Below, one piece after another: positions 1 to 11,310 of a DNA stretch of 64,000 nucleotides. This DNA comes from an uncultured delta proteobacterium. Lineage in GTDB: Bacteria > Myxococcota_A > Polyangia > Haliangiales > Haliangiaceae. A program made the translations under genes and the position numbers. The notes below the pieces were generated by a model. It had not been told where the DNA came from. It worked only from the letters and a program-made list of their open reading frames with translations, and made no database searches. Where the stretch lies: the NCBI GenBank assembly GCA_963848295.1, contig CAWKDB010000010.1, forward strand, positions 2,688,001 through 2,752,000, written 5' to 3'. The first letter of the stretch is position 1. Each line of letters opens with the position of its first letter.

Positions 1-126
1 CGAGACCTCGGGATCCGCCGCGCCGGTCCGAGCGCTGGCGCTCGGGGCCGCGCTGCGCAGCCACCACCAGGCGCCCCCGCCGATCGCGACGATCGCGACG
101 ACGATCGGCACCGGGCGCGCACTCAT
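1..126 (-). CDS. Hypothetical membrane-anchored protein, 5' part only (runs off the window)
   Basis: ATG at 126 reads MSARPVPIVVAIVAIGGGAWWWLRSAAPS..., an N-terminal hydrophobic anchor; TACGCT -10-like hexamer 7 nt upstream; frame open to the window edge. Confidence 0.55.
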   Translation of the reverse strand, partial: MSARPVPIVVAIVAIGGGAWWWLRSAAPSASARTGAADPEVS

Positions 127-147
127 TCGCGGTAGCGTAGCACCCCG

Positions 148-2674
<2,527 letters not shown>

Positions 2675-2678
<4 letters not shown>

Positions 2679-3175
2679 AGACGCTGCAAACCGCCTGGAC
2701 CCAGGACGAGCTCGCGGCGAATCGCCGAGGCGAGCTCCTCGCGAGCCAGGTCGCGAAGATCCGCGCGGGCCGGTGGAAGCTCCTCGTCGCGACCGCTGGC
2801 GTGATGTTCGCGGTCGGCATTCCGCTCGCGATGTTCCTGGGCGCCGGCGAGAACCAGCACGCGCTGATGCTGACGATCGGCTACTTCGTCTCGGGACTCG
2901 GCGCCGTGATCTACCTCGGCCGCGCCGCCGGACGCCCGTTCCGCGAGCGCACGCTGATCACGCTGACCGGCGTGCTCGAACGTAGCCCGATCGGCCACCA
3001 GCAGTTCCGCCTCGACGGCCAGCTCGTGCGGCCGCTGTACGCGGGCCTCGAGCGCTTCGTCGGCGCGAACATCGCAGCGTACGTGCTGCCGAAGACGAAG
3101 ATCGTCGTCGCGGTCGAGCCCGCTCAGCTCTCTCAGTCATCCGCTCCCACGCCCGAGAAGTTGAACGCGACGTAG
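2675..3175 (+). CDS. Hypothetical membrane protein with two TM helices
   Basis: ATGA overlap with the PBP1A stop; MKTLQTAWTQDELAANRRG..., two hydrophobic segments. Confidence 0.7.
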
Positions 3176-3540
3176 CCGCCGCTATCGAGCGAGCCGCCGG
3201 CCTCGAGCATCAGCGTCTCGCCGTCGATCACGTCGAGGTTGCCGTTCTCGACCGAGAAAGACAGGTCCGCGATCGCACACGTCTGACCGGGCTCGACCAG
3301 CTCGTAGAACTCGTAGTCGTCGTGGCTCTTGTGGACGTTGTCGATCTCTTGCTCGCCGAGCCGATCGATCGCGAGCGTGCAGCCATCGGTGACATCGAGC
3401 AGCCCGTCGGAGACCGAAACCTCGATCGAGCCGGCGCCGGTCGCGCCGCCGGTGGCGACGAACCAGTAGTCTCCGTGGTAGCTGCCGGATGGTGTCTGCG
3501 GCACGCACGAGGCGACGGCGAGCAGGTAGAGCAAGCGCAT
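3133..3540 (-). CDS. Hypothetical acidic lipoprotein
   Basis: Lipobox-like signal MRLLYLLAVASC; typical codon usage. Confidence 0.7.
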   Translation of the reverse strand: MRLLYLLAVASCVPQTPSGSYHGDYWFVATGGATGAGSIEVSVSDGLLDVTDGCTLAIDRLGEQEIDNVHKSHDDYEFYELVEPGQTCAIADLSFSVENGNLDVIDGETLMLEAGGSLDSGGYVAFNFSGVGADD

Positions 3541-3601
3541 GCTCCAGCTCTAACGCCTTGCGCGCGCTCGACGGATTAGAGCTTCGTTGCGGGGGTTAAG
3601 A

Positions 3602-4072
3602 CTAGCGATCGACCGCGGCGACGCTGTCGCCGGTGAAGTGCGTGACCAGCCCGCTCGTGACCACGACGCGGCCGACCCGCCGCTGCTCGAGCTCCGACAG
3701 ACCGGCGCACAGCGCTCGCCGACTCGCTTCGGGGGCGTGGCCCCGGTCGACGAGCACGACGACCCCGCCGTCGCGGACGACGCGACTCCATTCGCGCAGC
3801 GCGGCTTGCCAGCCATCGTCGGTCGCGAGGTCGACGCCGACCACCGCGGCGAGCGAGTGATCGTCGATCGACGACAGATCGGGCAACGCGCCCGCGACCT
3901 TCTTCGCAGCGCGAATCGATAGACCGACCGGCACGACATCGCACCTCGCGGCGGCGAGGGCCGCGGCGAGCTTGGCGTCGCCGATCACCGCGAGTCGACG
4001 GTCGGCGTCGGCCGACGCGAGCGCTTCGCTGATCGCGGTGACCGCGGGCGCGAGGAACAGACCGCCCAGCAC
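3602..4072 (-). CDS. Degenerate class I SAM-methyltransferase-like protein
   Basis: WQAALREWSRVVRDGGVVVLVD resembles the Methyltransf_11 C-terminal motif; no clear GxGxG; GTG overlaps the upstream stop. Confidence 0.5.
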   Translation of the reverse strand: MLGGLFLAPAVTAISEALASADADRRLAVIGDAKLAAALAAARCDVVPVGLSIRAAKKVAGALPDLSSIDDHSLAAVVGVDLATDDGWQAALREWSRVVRDGGVVVLVDRGHAPEASRRALCAGLSELEQRRVGRVVVTSGLVTHFTGDSVAAVDR

Positions 4073-4575
4073 TACTTCATCGACATCGTGCCGAGGTAGT
4101 CGCGCTTGCCGACCTCGACGCCGTTGTGGCGCAGGATCGCGTACGCCATCGTCAGGTGGAACATGAAGTTCGGCTGCGCGTGCTCGATGAAGTAGTCGAG
4201 CCCGCTCATCGCCTTACCTTCCCACCGCGGCAGGCTGATCTTGTGGGTCGCGATGTGCTCGAAGTCCGACGCCTTGAACTCCTCGAGGTACGCGACGACG
4301 GTCGCGATCCGCTTGCGCGTCTCGTCGATCGTCTTCTCGGTGTCGGCGTGCGCTGGCGGCGTCTTGCCCGACGTGCGCGCCGCAGCGTACTTCGCGTTGT
4401 CGCACGCGGACTGGATCTGGAACACGAGCGGCAGCATGTCCGGTGCGAGCCGGAACTGGAGCAACGTGTTCGGGTCGTACTTCTTCGCTTCGGCGTGCGC
4501 GATCGCCTTGCCGAGGAAGGTATCGAGGTTGCCGAGCAGCTTCTTGATCTCGAGCACGAACGGGAAGATGGTCAT
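4072..4575 (-). CDS. DUF1993 family protein
   Basis: RLAPDMLPLVFQIQSACD and PNFMFHLTMAYAILRHNGVEVGKRDYLG are family motifs. Confidence 0.9.
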   Translation of the reverse strand: MTIFPFVLEIKKLLGNLDTFLGKAIAHAEAKKYDPNTLLQFRLAPDMLPLVFQIQSACDNAKYAAARTSGKTPPAHADTEKTIDETRKRIATVVAYLEEFKASDFEHIATHKISLPRWEGKAMSGLDYFIEHAQPNFMFHLTMAYAILRHNGVEVGKRDYLGTMSMK

Positions 4576-4607
4576 GGCCGAAGCGGTAGCACGGCCCGAC
4601 CCGGCTG

Positions 4608-5366
4608 TCAGCGATCGCGGAGGTACTCGCAGCGCGGCGCCTGGATCTGCGGCGTCACCCACGAGACGTTCGCGAGCTCGTCGAGCAAGAACCGAAAGTT
4701 CCAGTAGCCGACGACGAAGAAGTCCATCTTGCGCCGGATGATGCCTCCGCCCGTGTCGTCGGCCCGGACGCAGCCGTCGTGGACCGAGCCATCGGGCAGC
4801 ACCATGCCGTCGAACTCCGGAATGTAGAGCGGCTCGCCGATCGGGATGATCCGCTGATCGACCGCGACGGACTTGTACGGGATCAGCGGGCGGGTGCCCG
4901 AGCCGCGGCCGTACGGATACGCGACCGGATCGAGCGATTCGAAGCACGTGCCGTAGCCGAACTTGCATCCGCCGGTCGTGTTGACGACGCGACCATCGGC
5001 CATCACCCCCGAGCCTTCAAGCCGCAACGCCTTCGCGAAGTCCTTGTGGACATGCGCGTAGTAGAACCCCTCCTTGGTATAGATCTCGACCCTCGGCGCG
5101 CGGGGCGGCGGCGGCGGCGGCTTGTTCTTCGGCCAGGTCGGCGGCAACGGCGGGGCGATCGGGTCCTCGAAGCTCTTCTCGTCGGTGAGCCAATAGAACC
5201 GCAGCGCCCAGCCGTAGTCTTGAACGAGCGGATAGCCGCAGCACAGCTTGTCCTTGCCTCGCAGCACGGCTTTGGGCTGAACCGCGACGCCGTCCTTGGC
5301 GAGCTTGCTGTCGTCTGCGTTCGCCGTCGCCGCGATGACGGCCAAGACGAACGCGATCTTCACCAC
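4608..5366 (-). CDS. Secreted 3D-domain (MltA-like) protein
   Basis: Signal peptide; VAVDQRIIPIG, ADDTGGGI and MDFFV provide the three conserved Asp. Confidence 0.8.
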   Translation of the reverse strand: MVKIAFVLAVIAATANADDSKLAKDGVAVQPKAVLRGKDKLCCGYPLVQDYGWALRFYWLTDEKSFEDPIAPPLPPTWPKNKPPPPPPRAPRVEIYTKEGFYYAHVHKDFAKALRLEGSGVMADGRVVNTTGGCKFGYGTCFESLDPVAYPYGRGSGTRPLIPYKSVAVDQRIIPIGEPLYIPEFDGMVLPDGSVHDGCVRADDTGGGIIRRKMDFFVVGYWNFRFLLDELANVSWVTPQIQAPRCEYLRDR

Positions 5367-5389
5367 GATCTGATCGTACTGTGGAACCG

Positions 5390-7393
5390 ATGTGGGTGCA
5401 CGACCTCGCCGCCGCCGACGCTAGCTGTGGGGGCAAAGCGGTCGGGCTCGCGCGCTTGATCGCCGCGGGCTTGCCGGTGCCGGACGGGTTCGCGATCGAT
5501 GACGCGGCGTTTCGCGCGGTCGCACTGCCATTCGGCCGTGCTGCCGGACGCGCACTGGTCGCGGGCCCGCCGTCGGCGGCCGAGCTGTCGACGCTCGGCC
5601 ACGAGCTCGAGCACGCGGCGCAGGCCGTGGAGACGACCGAGCTCCCCGCGGACTTCGTGCGCGAGGTCGAAGCGCGCGCCGCGGCGCTCGGCGATCGCGT
5701 GATCGTGCGGTCGTCGGCGACGATCGAAGACGGCGAGGCCGGCGCTGCAGCCGGCGTGTTCTCGTCGCGGGTCGTCGCGATCGCGGACTTGTGGCCGGCG
5801 ATTCGCGCGGTGTGGTCGAGCGCGCTCACCCCACTCGCAGCGGCCTATGCGCGCCGGCGCGGTGCGGCGATCGCGATAGGTGTCGTCGTGCAGCGCCATG
5901 TCGCGGGCGAGCCGGTCACGATCTACACGCGCCCGCCGGGCGATCCCACCGGCGGTGATGTGCTCGTGCAACGCGGCTCGCCGCCGACGTTGCTCCGCGT
6001 CCGCCGCGAGAGTACGGATGGAGCCGCCCAGCAATTCGGCGGCGCCGCCGCCGGGGGGCAAGCGCGTGACGTCGAGCTCGCGCTACATGCCGAGCGTGCG
6101 ATCGCGGCACCGAAGGGCGCCGACGTCGAGCTCGTCGGCGAGTGGGTCGTGCAAGCGCGGCCGATCGTGCACCCGAGAGCCAACGTGCTCGTCCCGCCGC
6201 CGGACGGTGTACTCGCGCCGCTACGCGATGGGCGCGTGTGGACGTGGGACATCGCGCACAACCCGGATCCGCTCTCGCCGGCGCAACAAGGCCTCGTCGA
6301 GCGCGTCGCCGCAGCGGCGCACCACGAGCTACGCGTCGTCGCGGGCTATCTGTACTCGACGCCGCGCAGAGTCGCGCCCGTGCCGCAGATCCGCACTCGC
6401 ACCGAGCTCGTCGCGCGCGCCGCCGAGCTCGAAGCCGAGCTCGCGACGATCCTCGCCGGTAAGTCGCGATCGCTTGCCGAGGCGATCGAGCGCTACGTCG
6501 CGTTCTACGCGATCTGGGCCGGTCGGTTGTCGCCGTTGATCGCCGCGGCGGGGCCGCGCAACGCCGAGCTCGGTGCGCGACCGTCTGCGGTCGAGTCGCA
6601 GCTCGCGGCCGCGGCCCGCGGTGAGCTCGCGATCGCGGACGTCGAGACCACGCTCGGCGTGCTCGCCCCGGCCTGGGACGTCGCCGTTCCTACGTTCGGC
6701 GAGCAGCCCGGGGCGATTCGGGCCGCGATCGCGCGCGCCGCGGCGATCCCGAAGCCGCCGCCGCTCGCGGTGGGCTCGCCGGACCTCGAGCTCGCGCGCG
6801 CCGCGGCGGACCTCGCGGAGCGCGACGACACGTGGTTTGCCCGCGCGCAGTGGCTCGTCCGCGAGGCGTTGCTGCGCCGCGCCGACGAGCTCGGGATCGA
6901 TCGCGACGACGCCGCGTGGTTACCGCTCGCCGAGCTCGCCGGGGCGTCCGGCCCGTCTCGCGACGACGCCCACCGCCGCGCTCGAGCCGCTCGCGCTGCC
7001 GCCGATCGCGCCGCGCGCTGGCACATGCCGGTCTCCGTCGGCGCGGTGCCACGGCCGGCTGGCCCGGCGCTGCACGGCGTTGGCGCCGGGCCGCAGGTGA
7101 CTGGTCGCGTGGTGCGATTCGCGTCACTTGCCAGCGCGATCGCGGTCGGCCGTGGCGATGTCGTGGTCACTCGCGCGGTGACGCCAGCGCTCGCGATCTT
7201 TGTCGTCGGCTGCGCCGCGATCGTCAGCGAAACCGGGGGCCTGCTCGATCACGGCGCGGCACTCGCGCGCGAGCTCGGCGTGACTTGCGTCGTCGGCTGC
7301 CGCGATGCGTGGTCGCAACTTGCCGCAGGCGCTGTGGTTACTGTCGACGGTGACGCGGGCTCGATCGACGTCTACTCGGCGTCGTCGTCGTAG
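5390..7393 (+). CDS. PEP-utilising dikinase-like enzyme: ATP-grasp domain, central domain, C-terminal His-swivel domain
   Basis: GGKAVGL, VPDGF, VRSSATIED, VQARPI; C-terminal GGLLDHGAALARELG; start chosen from TACTGT 7 nt upstream. Confidence 0.8.
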   Translation: MWVHDLAAADASCGGKAVGLARLIAAGLPVPDGFAIDDAAFRAVALPFGRAAGRALVAGPPSAAELSTLGHELEHAAQAVETTELPADFVREVEARAAALGDRVIVRSSATIEDGEAGAAAGVFSSRVVAIADLWPAIRAVWSSALTPLAAAYARRRGAAIAIGVVVQRHVAGEPVTIYTRPPGDPTGGDVLVQRGSPPTLLRVRRESTDGAAQQFGGAAAGGQARDVELALHAERAIAAPKGADVELVGEWVVQARPIVHPRANVLVPPPDGVLAPLRDGRVWTWDIAHNPDPLSPAQQGLVERVAAAAHHELRVVAGYLYSTPRRVAPVPQIRTRTELVARAAELEAELATILAGKSRSLAEAIERYVAFYAIWAGRLSPLIAAAGPRNAELGARPSAVESQLAAAARGELAIADVETTLGVLAPAWDVAVPTFGEQPGAIRAAIARAAAIPKPPPLAVGSPDLELARAAADLAERDDTWFARAQWLVREALLRRADELGIDRDDAAWLPLAELAGASGPSRDDAHRRARAARAAADRAARWHMPVSVGAVPRPAGPALHGVGAGPQVTGRVVRFASLASAIAVGRGDVVVTRAVTPALAIFVVGCAAIVSETGGLLDHGAALARELGVTCVVGCRDAWSQLAAGAVVTVDGDAGSIDVYSASSS

Positions 7394-7734
7394 TCGGGCT
7401 CGTTCGGGTCGGTGTCGTCGGCCTCGTCGGGCTTGTCAGCCGGCAACGGCGTGCCGAGTCCGGCGTTGACTCGCTCGCGCAAGTCTTTGCCGACCTTGAA
7501 GAAAGGCAACCGCTTCTCGGCGACATGAACCGTCTCGCCGGTGCGCGGGTTACGACCTTCGTAGGCCTTGTACTTGCGTACGGTGAAGCTACCAAAGCCG
7601 CGGATCTCGATACCTTCGCCGCGTTCGAGCGCTTTCACCATCGAGTCAAAGATGGTGTTGACGATCGCCTCCGCCTTACCAGCCGGGAGCTTCAGTGTCT
7701 CGGAGATCTTCTCGATCAGCTCGGACTTGGTCAC
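7372..7734 (-). CDS. ihfB: Integration host factor beta / HU family DNA-binding protein with acidic tail
   Basis: MTKSELIE...IEIRGFGSF...GRNPRTGE...PFFKVGKDLRERVN. Confidence 0.9.
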   Translation of the reverse strand: MTKSELIEKISETLKLPAGKAEAIVNTIFDSMVKALERGEGIEIRGFGSFTVRKYKAYEGRNPRTGETVHVAEKRLPFFKVGKDLRERVNAGLGTPLPADKPDEADDTDPNEPDYDDDAE

Positions 7735-7817
7735 CCGTAACTCCGCGTAACTAGATACAGGCTAAACAAGCGAGGCCCCTCTGCGCAAGTATAACGCCGC
7801 GAAATCAAACATATGCC

Positions 7818-8669
7818 CTAACCGCCTGTCGATCCCGGCGCCGGGATCGACAGCTCGTCATCCGACTTAAATGCACGATAATTAAGCGGAAAATGATATG
7901 TCTCACAGCGGTGGCGGGCATAGAAGTCGACGAGATCTCTCCAGCCGATCTCACCGCGATCGACCTGGCTTTGGACCGCCTGGGACGCTACCGCCGAGCA
8001 TCTCAGCGCGCCGTCGAGCGTCTGGTGACCGCGCGCGATCCTATCGTCGATGCCGACGAGCTGCGGCGGAACCTGGCGAACGTAGTACGCCTCGAGCGGC
8101 GTTAGCTCGAGGGTCTCGACCTTCGTGATCGCGATCGACATGCCGTCGCGCCACGCACACTCGGTCCTCGTCTGCGATTGGCCTTTCGCGATCACCATCG
8201 CGTCGAACGCGAGCGGACGCGCGGTGTTGCAGACCTGGACCGAGACGCTGGGTTGAGTCACGACCTGATACGCGACCGCGCTCGCGAGCGTGTTGTCGAT
8301 CTGCATGACGAGATCGCCGCCGGTGCGCTCGAGATGAACGCGCAGCCCGGCGAGCTCGATCGGCGGCTGGCCCGGCTCGATCACGTGGCGCGCGTCGTCG
8401 ACGCGATACGCGAGCTTCTTCCGCATGTCCTCGACGGTCGGCGCGCGCACCCCGGCGAGGCCAGCGTCGTGGGCGAGGAAGTCGGCGTACACCACCGGCG
8501 ACGCGGTCGTCTGGTCGAGCAATTGCGCGCTCGTACCAGTCGGCGCCGCAGGCGCGGCGGACTTCGCCGGCAACGACACGCCGCCGCAGAATCGCACGTA
8601 GGACATGACGACCACGAGCGCAGCGCCACCGACCACGACACCGACGCGAAACTGCTGATCGGTCGCCAT
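7818..8669 (-). CDS. Hypothetical membrane-anchored protein
   Basis: N-terminal TM, several Cys, long ORF with coding-like codon bias. Confidence 0.7.
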   Translation of the reverse strand: MATDQQFRVGVVVGGAALVVVMSYVRFCGGVSLPAKSAAPAAPTGTSAQLLDQTTASPVVYADFLAHDAGLAGVRAPTVEDMRKKLAYRVDDARHVIEPGQPPIELAGLRVHLERTGGDLVMQIDNTLASAVAYQVVTQPSVSVQVCNTARPLAFDAMVIAKGQSQTRTECAWRDGMSIAITKVETLELTPLEAYYVRQVPPQLVGIDDRIARGHQTLDGALRCSAVASQAVQSQVDRGEIGWRDLVDFYARHRCETYHFPLNYRAFKSDDELSIPAPGSTGG

Positions 8670-8799
8670 CAGACTTCACCATACACCGGCGCATTGCCAA
8701 CCGCGCGCATGTGCACAAGACGCGCAAGGCAAACACCTCGCATGGTCAGGGGAAACAATTGACACCGTCGGCGGCGGTAGCGCCTAATCGGGCGACGAG

Positions 8800-9714
8800 A
8801 TGCGCGGTGGGAACCGGATCGTTTGGCTCGCTGCGCCGTTTGCGGTGGTGTGCGCGCTGTTGATCCACTCGGTGCCGGCGTACGCCGATCACGTCGCCGA
8901 TCTGAGCCAGCTGCTCCAGAGCTCGAGCGACAAGACCCGGCTGTCGGCGGTGTCGGCGCTGATCCACCTCGGCGACAAGCGCACGCTCAGGCCGCTCGTC
9001 GCCGCACTGCGCGATCCCGACGCGAAGGTCCGCGCGCTCGCCGCCACCGGGCTCGGCCGGCTCGGTCACAAAGCGGCGCTGCCGTCGCTGCGCGGCGCCG
9101 CGGTCGACGACACCGACCCGACCGTTCGAAAACGTGCGCGCGCCGCGGCGATCGCGGTCGCGAAGGCGAACAACCTGCCGAACGAGCTGCCGTCGCTCCA
9201 GCCCGCGACCGATCCGGCGCGCGAGGCGCGTCACTCGACCGTCGGCTTCGGTCACACCGCGCACGCGGTCGAGGATCGGCCGGATCTGTTCGTGCTCGTG
9301 AAGTCGTCGAACGACGACTCGCCCGGCCGCGCCGACAAGGCGACGCGCAAGCAGAACTCCGACATCGTCCAGCAGGTGCTCGTCGATGCGTTCAAGGCGG
9401 CGCCGCAGGTCACGATGGCGCAGGCCGAAGCGGAGCGCTGGGGCCTCGACCCGCGCCACATCGATCTGTCGGTCGTCAAGATGGATGTCGCGACCGACGG
9501 CGGCTACGTCGAGGTCGACTGCGAGCTCAGGCTCGCGATCTCCGACGACACCGGCAAGATGCTCTCGTTCCTATCCGGCGGCGCGAAGGTTCAAGTGCCG
9601 ACGCGCACCTTCAACCCGCGCTTCCTGCCCGGCCTGCGCAAGGAAGCGCTCGAAAACGCGATGAAGGGCATGTTCGACAAGCTCCTCGCGCACCTCCGCC
9701 AGACCCTGGCGTAG
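8800..9714 (+). CDS. Secreted HEAT-repeat protein
   Basis: Signal peptide; PBS-lyase-type HEAT repeats (LVAALRDPDAKVRALAATGLGRLG, DTDPTVRKRA). Confidence 0.8.
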   Translation: MRGGNRIVWLAAPFAVVCALLIHSVPAYADHVADLSQLLQSSSDKTRLSAVSALIHLGDKRTLRPLVAALRDPDAKVRALAATGLGRLGHKAALPSLRGAAVDDTDPTVRKRARAAAIAVAKANNLPNELPSLQPATDPAREARHSTVGFGHTAHAVEDRPDLFVLVKSSNDDSPGRADKATRKQNSDIVQQVLVDAFKAAPQVTMAQAEAERWGLDPRHIDLSVVKMDVATDGGYVEVDCELRLAISDDTGKMLSFLSGGAKVQVPTRTFNPRFLPGLRKEALENAMKGMFDKLLAHLRQTLA

Positions 9715-9817
9715 GGACGCTGTCTCTATTGTCAACTTGCGGCGCAGTCACGCCGCGCTAACTCGTTGCGATCGCCCAGGAACCGCTGGGGACGCTGTCT
9801 CTATTGTCACCTTGCGG
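9714..9817 (+). repeat. REP/MITE-like half element: two direct copies of GGGACGCTGTCTCTATTGTCAMCTTGCGG, 75 bp apart
   Basis: Copies at 9714-9742 and 9789-9817; the first starts within the TAG stop; same motif and spacing at 48583/48658. Confidence 0.85.
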
Positions 9818-9845
9818 TGCCTGGTGGGTCGATCGAACCGGGTTG

Positions 9846-11249
9846 CTATGGCGCTTCCTTCGACAACAGGTTCATCAGCGCGACCGCGATCGGGAACGGC
9901 TTGTGATCGTCGATCGTGCCGCCTTCGTCGGCGTTGATCGCGAGGCCGACGAAGAACCACTTGCCATCGGCGCGCTTCAACAGCCAGTCGAGCGCGAGCA
10001 CGCCGGGCTCGGCGCCGCCTTTGAACCCGACGTAAGGGTACGCCGCGTTGTCGATCGGCAGGCCCTCACCTTTGTTCTTCGTCAGCACGTCGAGCACCGC
10101 CGCCGCTTTCGGGTTTTGCGCACGATCGCGCAGCGCCGCCATGACTCGGCACATGTCCTCGGTGCTCGCGAACCACTCGAGCTTGTCGATCGAGCGCGCG
10201 CTGTCCCAGTCCGTGCTGGTGTCGACCGCGGGTTTGCCGGCGAGCGTGCGATCGAGGAACGCGCGGCGTTTGTCGGTCGACAGCGCGAGGTACTTTGCCC
10301 GATCGGCGGCCTCGCCGAGCTTGAGGATGAACAGCTCGCGCGTGCCCATGAACGGGATGTTCAACGCCGGCTTGGCATGCTTGGCCTCGCGCAGCGTGGC
10401 TTCGACCGCCTTGCGCCCGACGGTATAGAGCAGATGATCGGTCGCCGTGTTGTCGCTGATCGAGATCATCCGATCGGCGAGCTCGCGCACGGTCAACTTC
10501 GTCCCCGCGTCGTCTTTCTGAGTCACGCCCGACGGCAAGCTCTTCCACTCGGCTCGTACAGGAATCGCGTCGTCCCACGCTTGCTTGCCGGCGATGATCC
10601 GATCGGCGAGCCCGAGCAGCACGTAGAGCTTGAACGCCGAGCCGATCGCGAGCTCGTCCGTCGCGGCGAGGGCGTGCAGCGGCTTGCACGCGCCTTTGGC
10701 GTCGATCTCGGCGACGAGCAGCTGGGCATGGGGGGCGAGCGCTTTGAGCTGCGCGATCGCGTCGTCGTACGACGCCGGCGGCGGCCCGGTGTTCTCCTCG
10801 ATGACGAGGCCGGCGATCTTGCCGGTCGCGGGATCGAGCGCGAGCTTGAAGTCGATCGGCCCGGCCGCGGTCTTCGCGTGCGCGATCATGCCTTCGGCGG
10901 GCTGATCGACACTATCGATCGCGATCGCGCCAAGCTGGGCGGCCATCGTCGGCAACAGCTCGATGACCTTGTCGGCGCTGACGTTCTGAAGAAACTGAGG
11001 CGAGAAGTGCGCGTTGACGTCGTCGAGCGAGAGCTTGCCGTCTGAATTCGCGATCCGGTCGATCACCCACGCGAGCTGATCGCCGGTCGGGTTGTGGGGC
11101 ACGCCCGGGAAGCTGGCCGCAGCCGGGGCGGCGGGCGGTGGCGGCGGCGGCGCGACGGTGACGCGAGGTGCCGCGATCGGCGCGACCGGCGGTTTCGCGG
11201 GCGAGCCACAGGCGGCGAGCGCCGCGGCGAGGACGACGAACGTGCGCAT
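9846..11249 (-). CDS. Lipoprotein serine hydrolase, class A beta-lactamase-like (Cpe/LpqF-type architecture)
   Basis: Lipobox LAACG; SAFK (SxxK), SDN and KGG motifs. Confidence 0.85.
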   Translation of the reverse strand: MRTFVVLAAALAACGSPAKPPVAPIAAPRVTVAPPPPPPAAPAAASFPGVPHNPTGDQLAWVIDRIANSDGKLSLDDVNAHFSPQFLQNVSADKVIELLPTMAAQLGAIAIDSVDQPAEGMIAHAKTAAGPIDFKLALDPATGKIAGLVIEENTGPPPASYDDAIAQLKALAPHAQLLVAEIDAKGACKPLHALAATDELAIGSAFKLYVLLGLADRIIAGKQAWDDAIPVRAEWKSLPSGVTQKDDAGTKLTVRELADRMISISDNTATDHLLYTVGRKAVEATLREAKHAKPALNIPFMGTRELFILKLGEAADRAKYLALSTDKRRAFLDRTLAGKPAVDTSTDWDSARSIDKLEWFASTEDMCRVMAALRDRAQNPKAAAVLDVLTKNKGEGLPIDNAAYPYVGFKGGAEPGVLALDWLLKRADGKWFFVGLAINADEGGTIDDHKPFPIAVALMNLLSKEAP

Positions 11250-11310
11250 CGCCACGGACCTTACTCCGGCGCCCCCGCGCGGTGCGACCGCCGTGCATAT
11301 ACTCGCCGCC

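Noticed and set aside
7737..7812. IHF-like sites (TAACTCCGCGTAACT, TAACGCCGCGAAATCA) upstream of ihfB
   Set aside because: Only a loose match to the known consensus; cannot be supported from this window alone.
9714..9817. Mini-CRISPR (29-30-bp repeat plus spacer), also at 19476 and 48583
   Set aside because: Only two repeats per locus, spacers are homologous between loci, and one locus is mirrored; this fits REP/MITE elements better.
9846..11249. Antibiotic-resistance calls for the two beta-lactamase-fold genes (also 29371-30444)
   Set aside because: Motifs show only serine-hydrolase family membership; substrates cannot be inferred.
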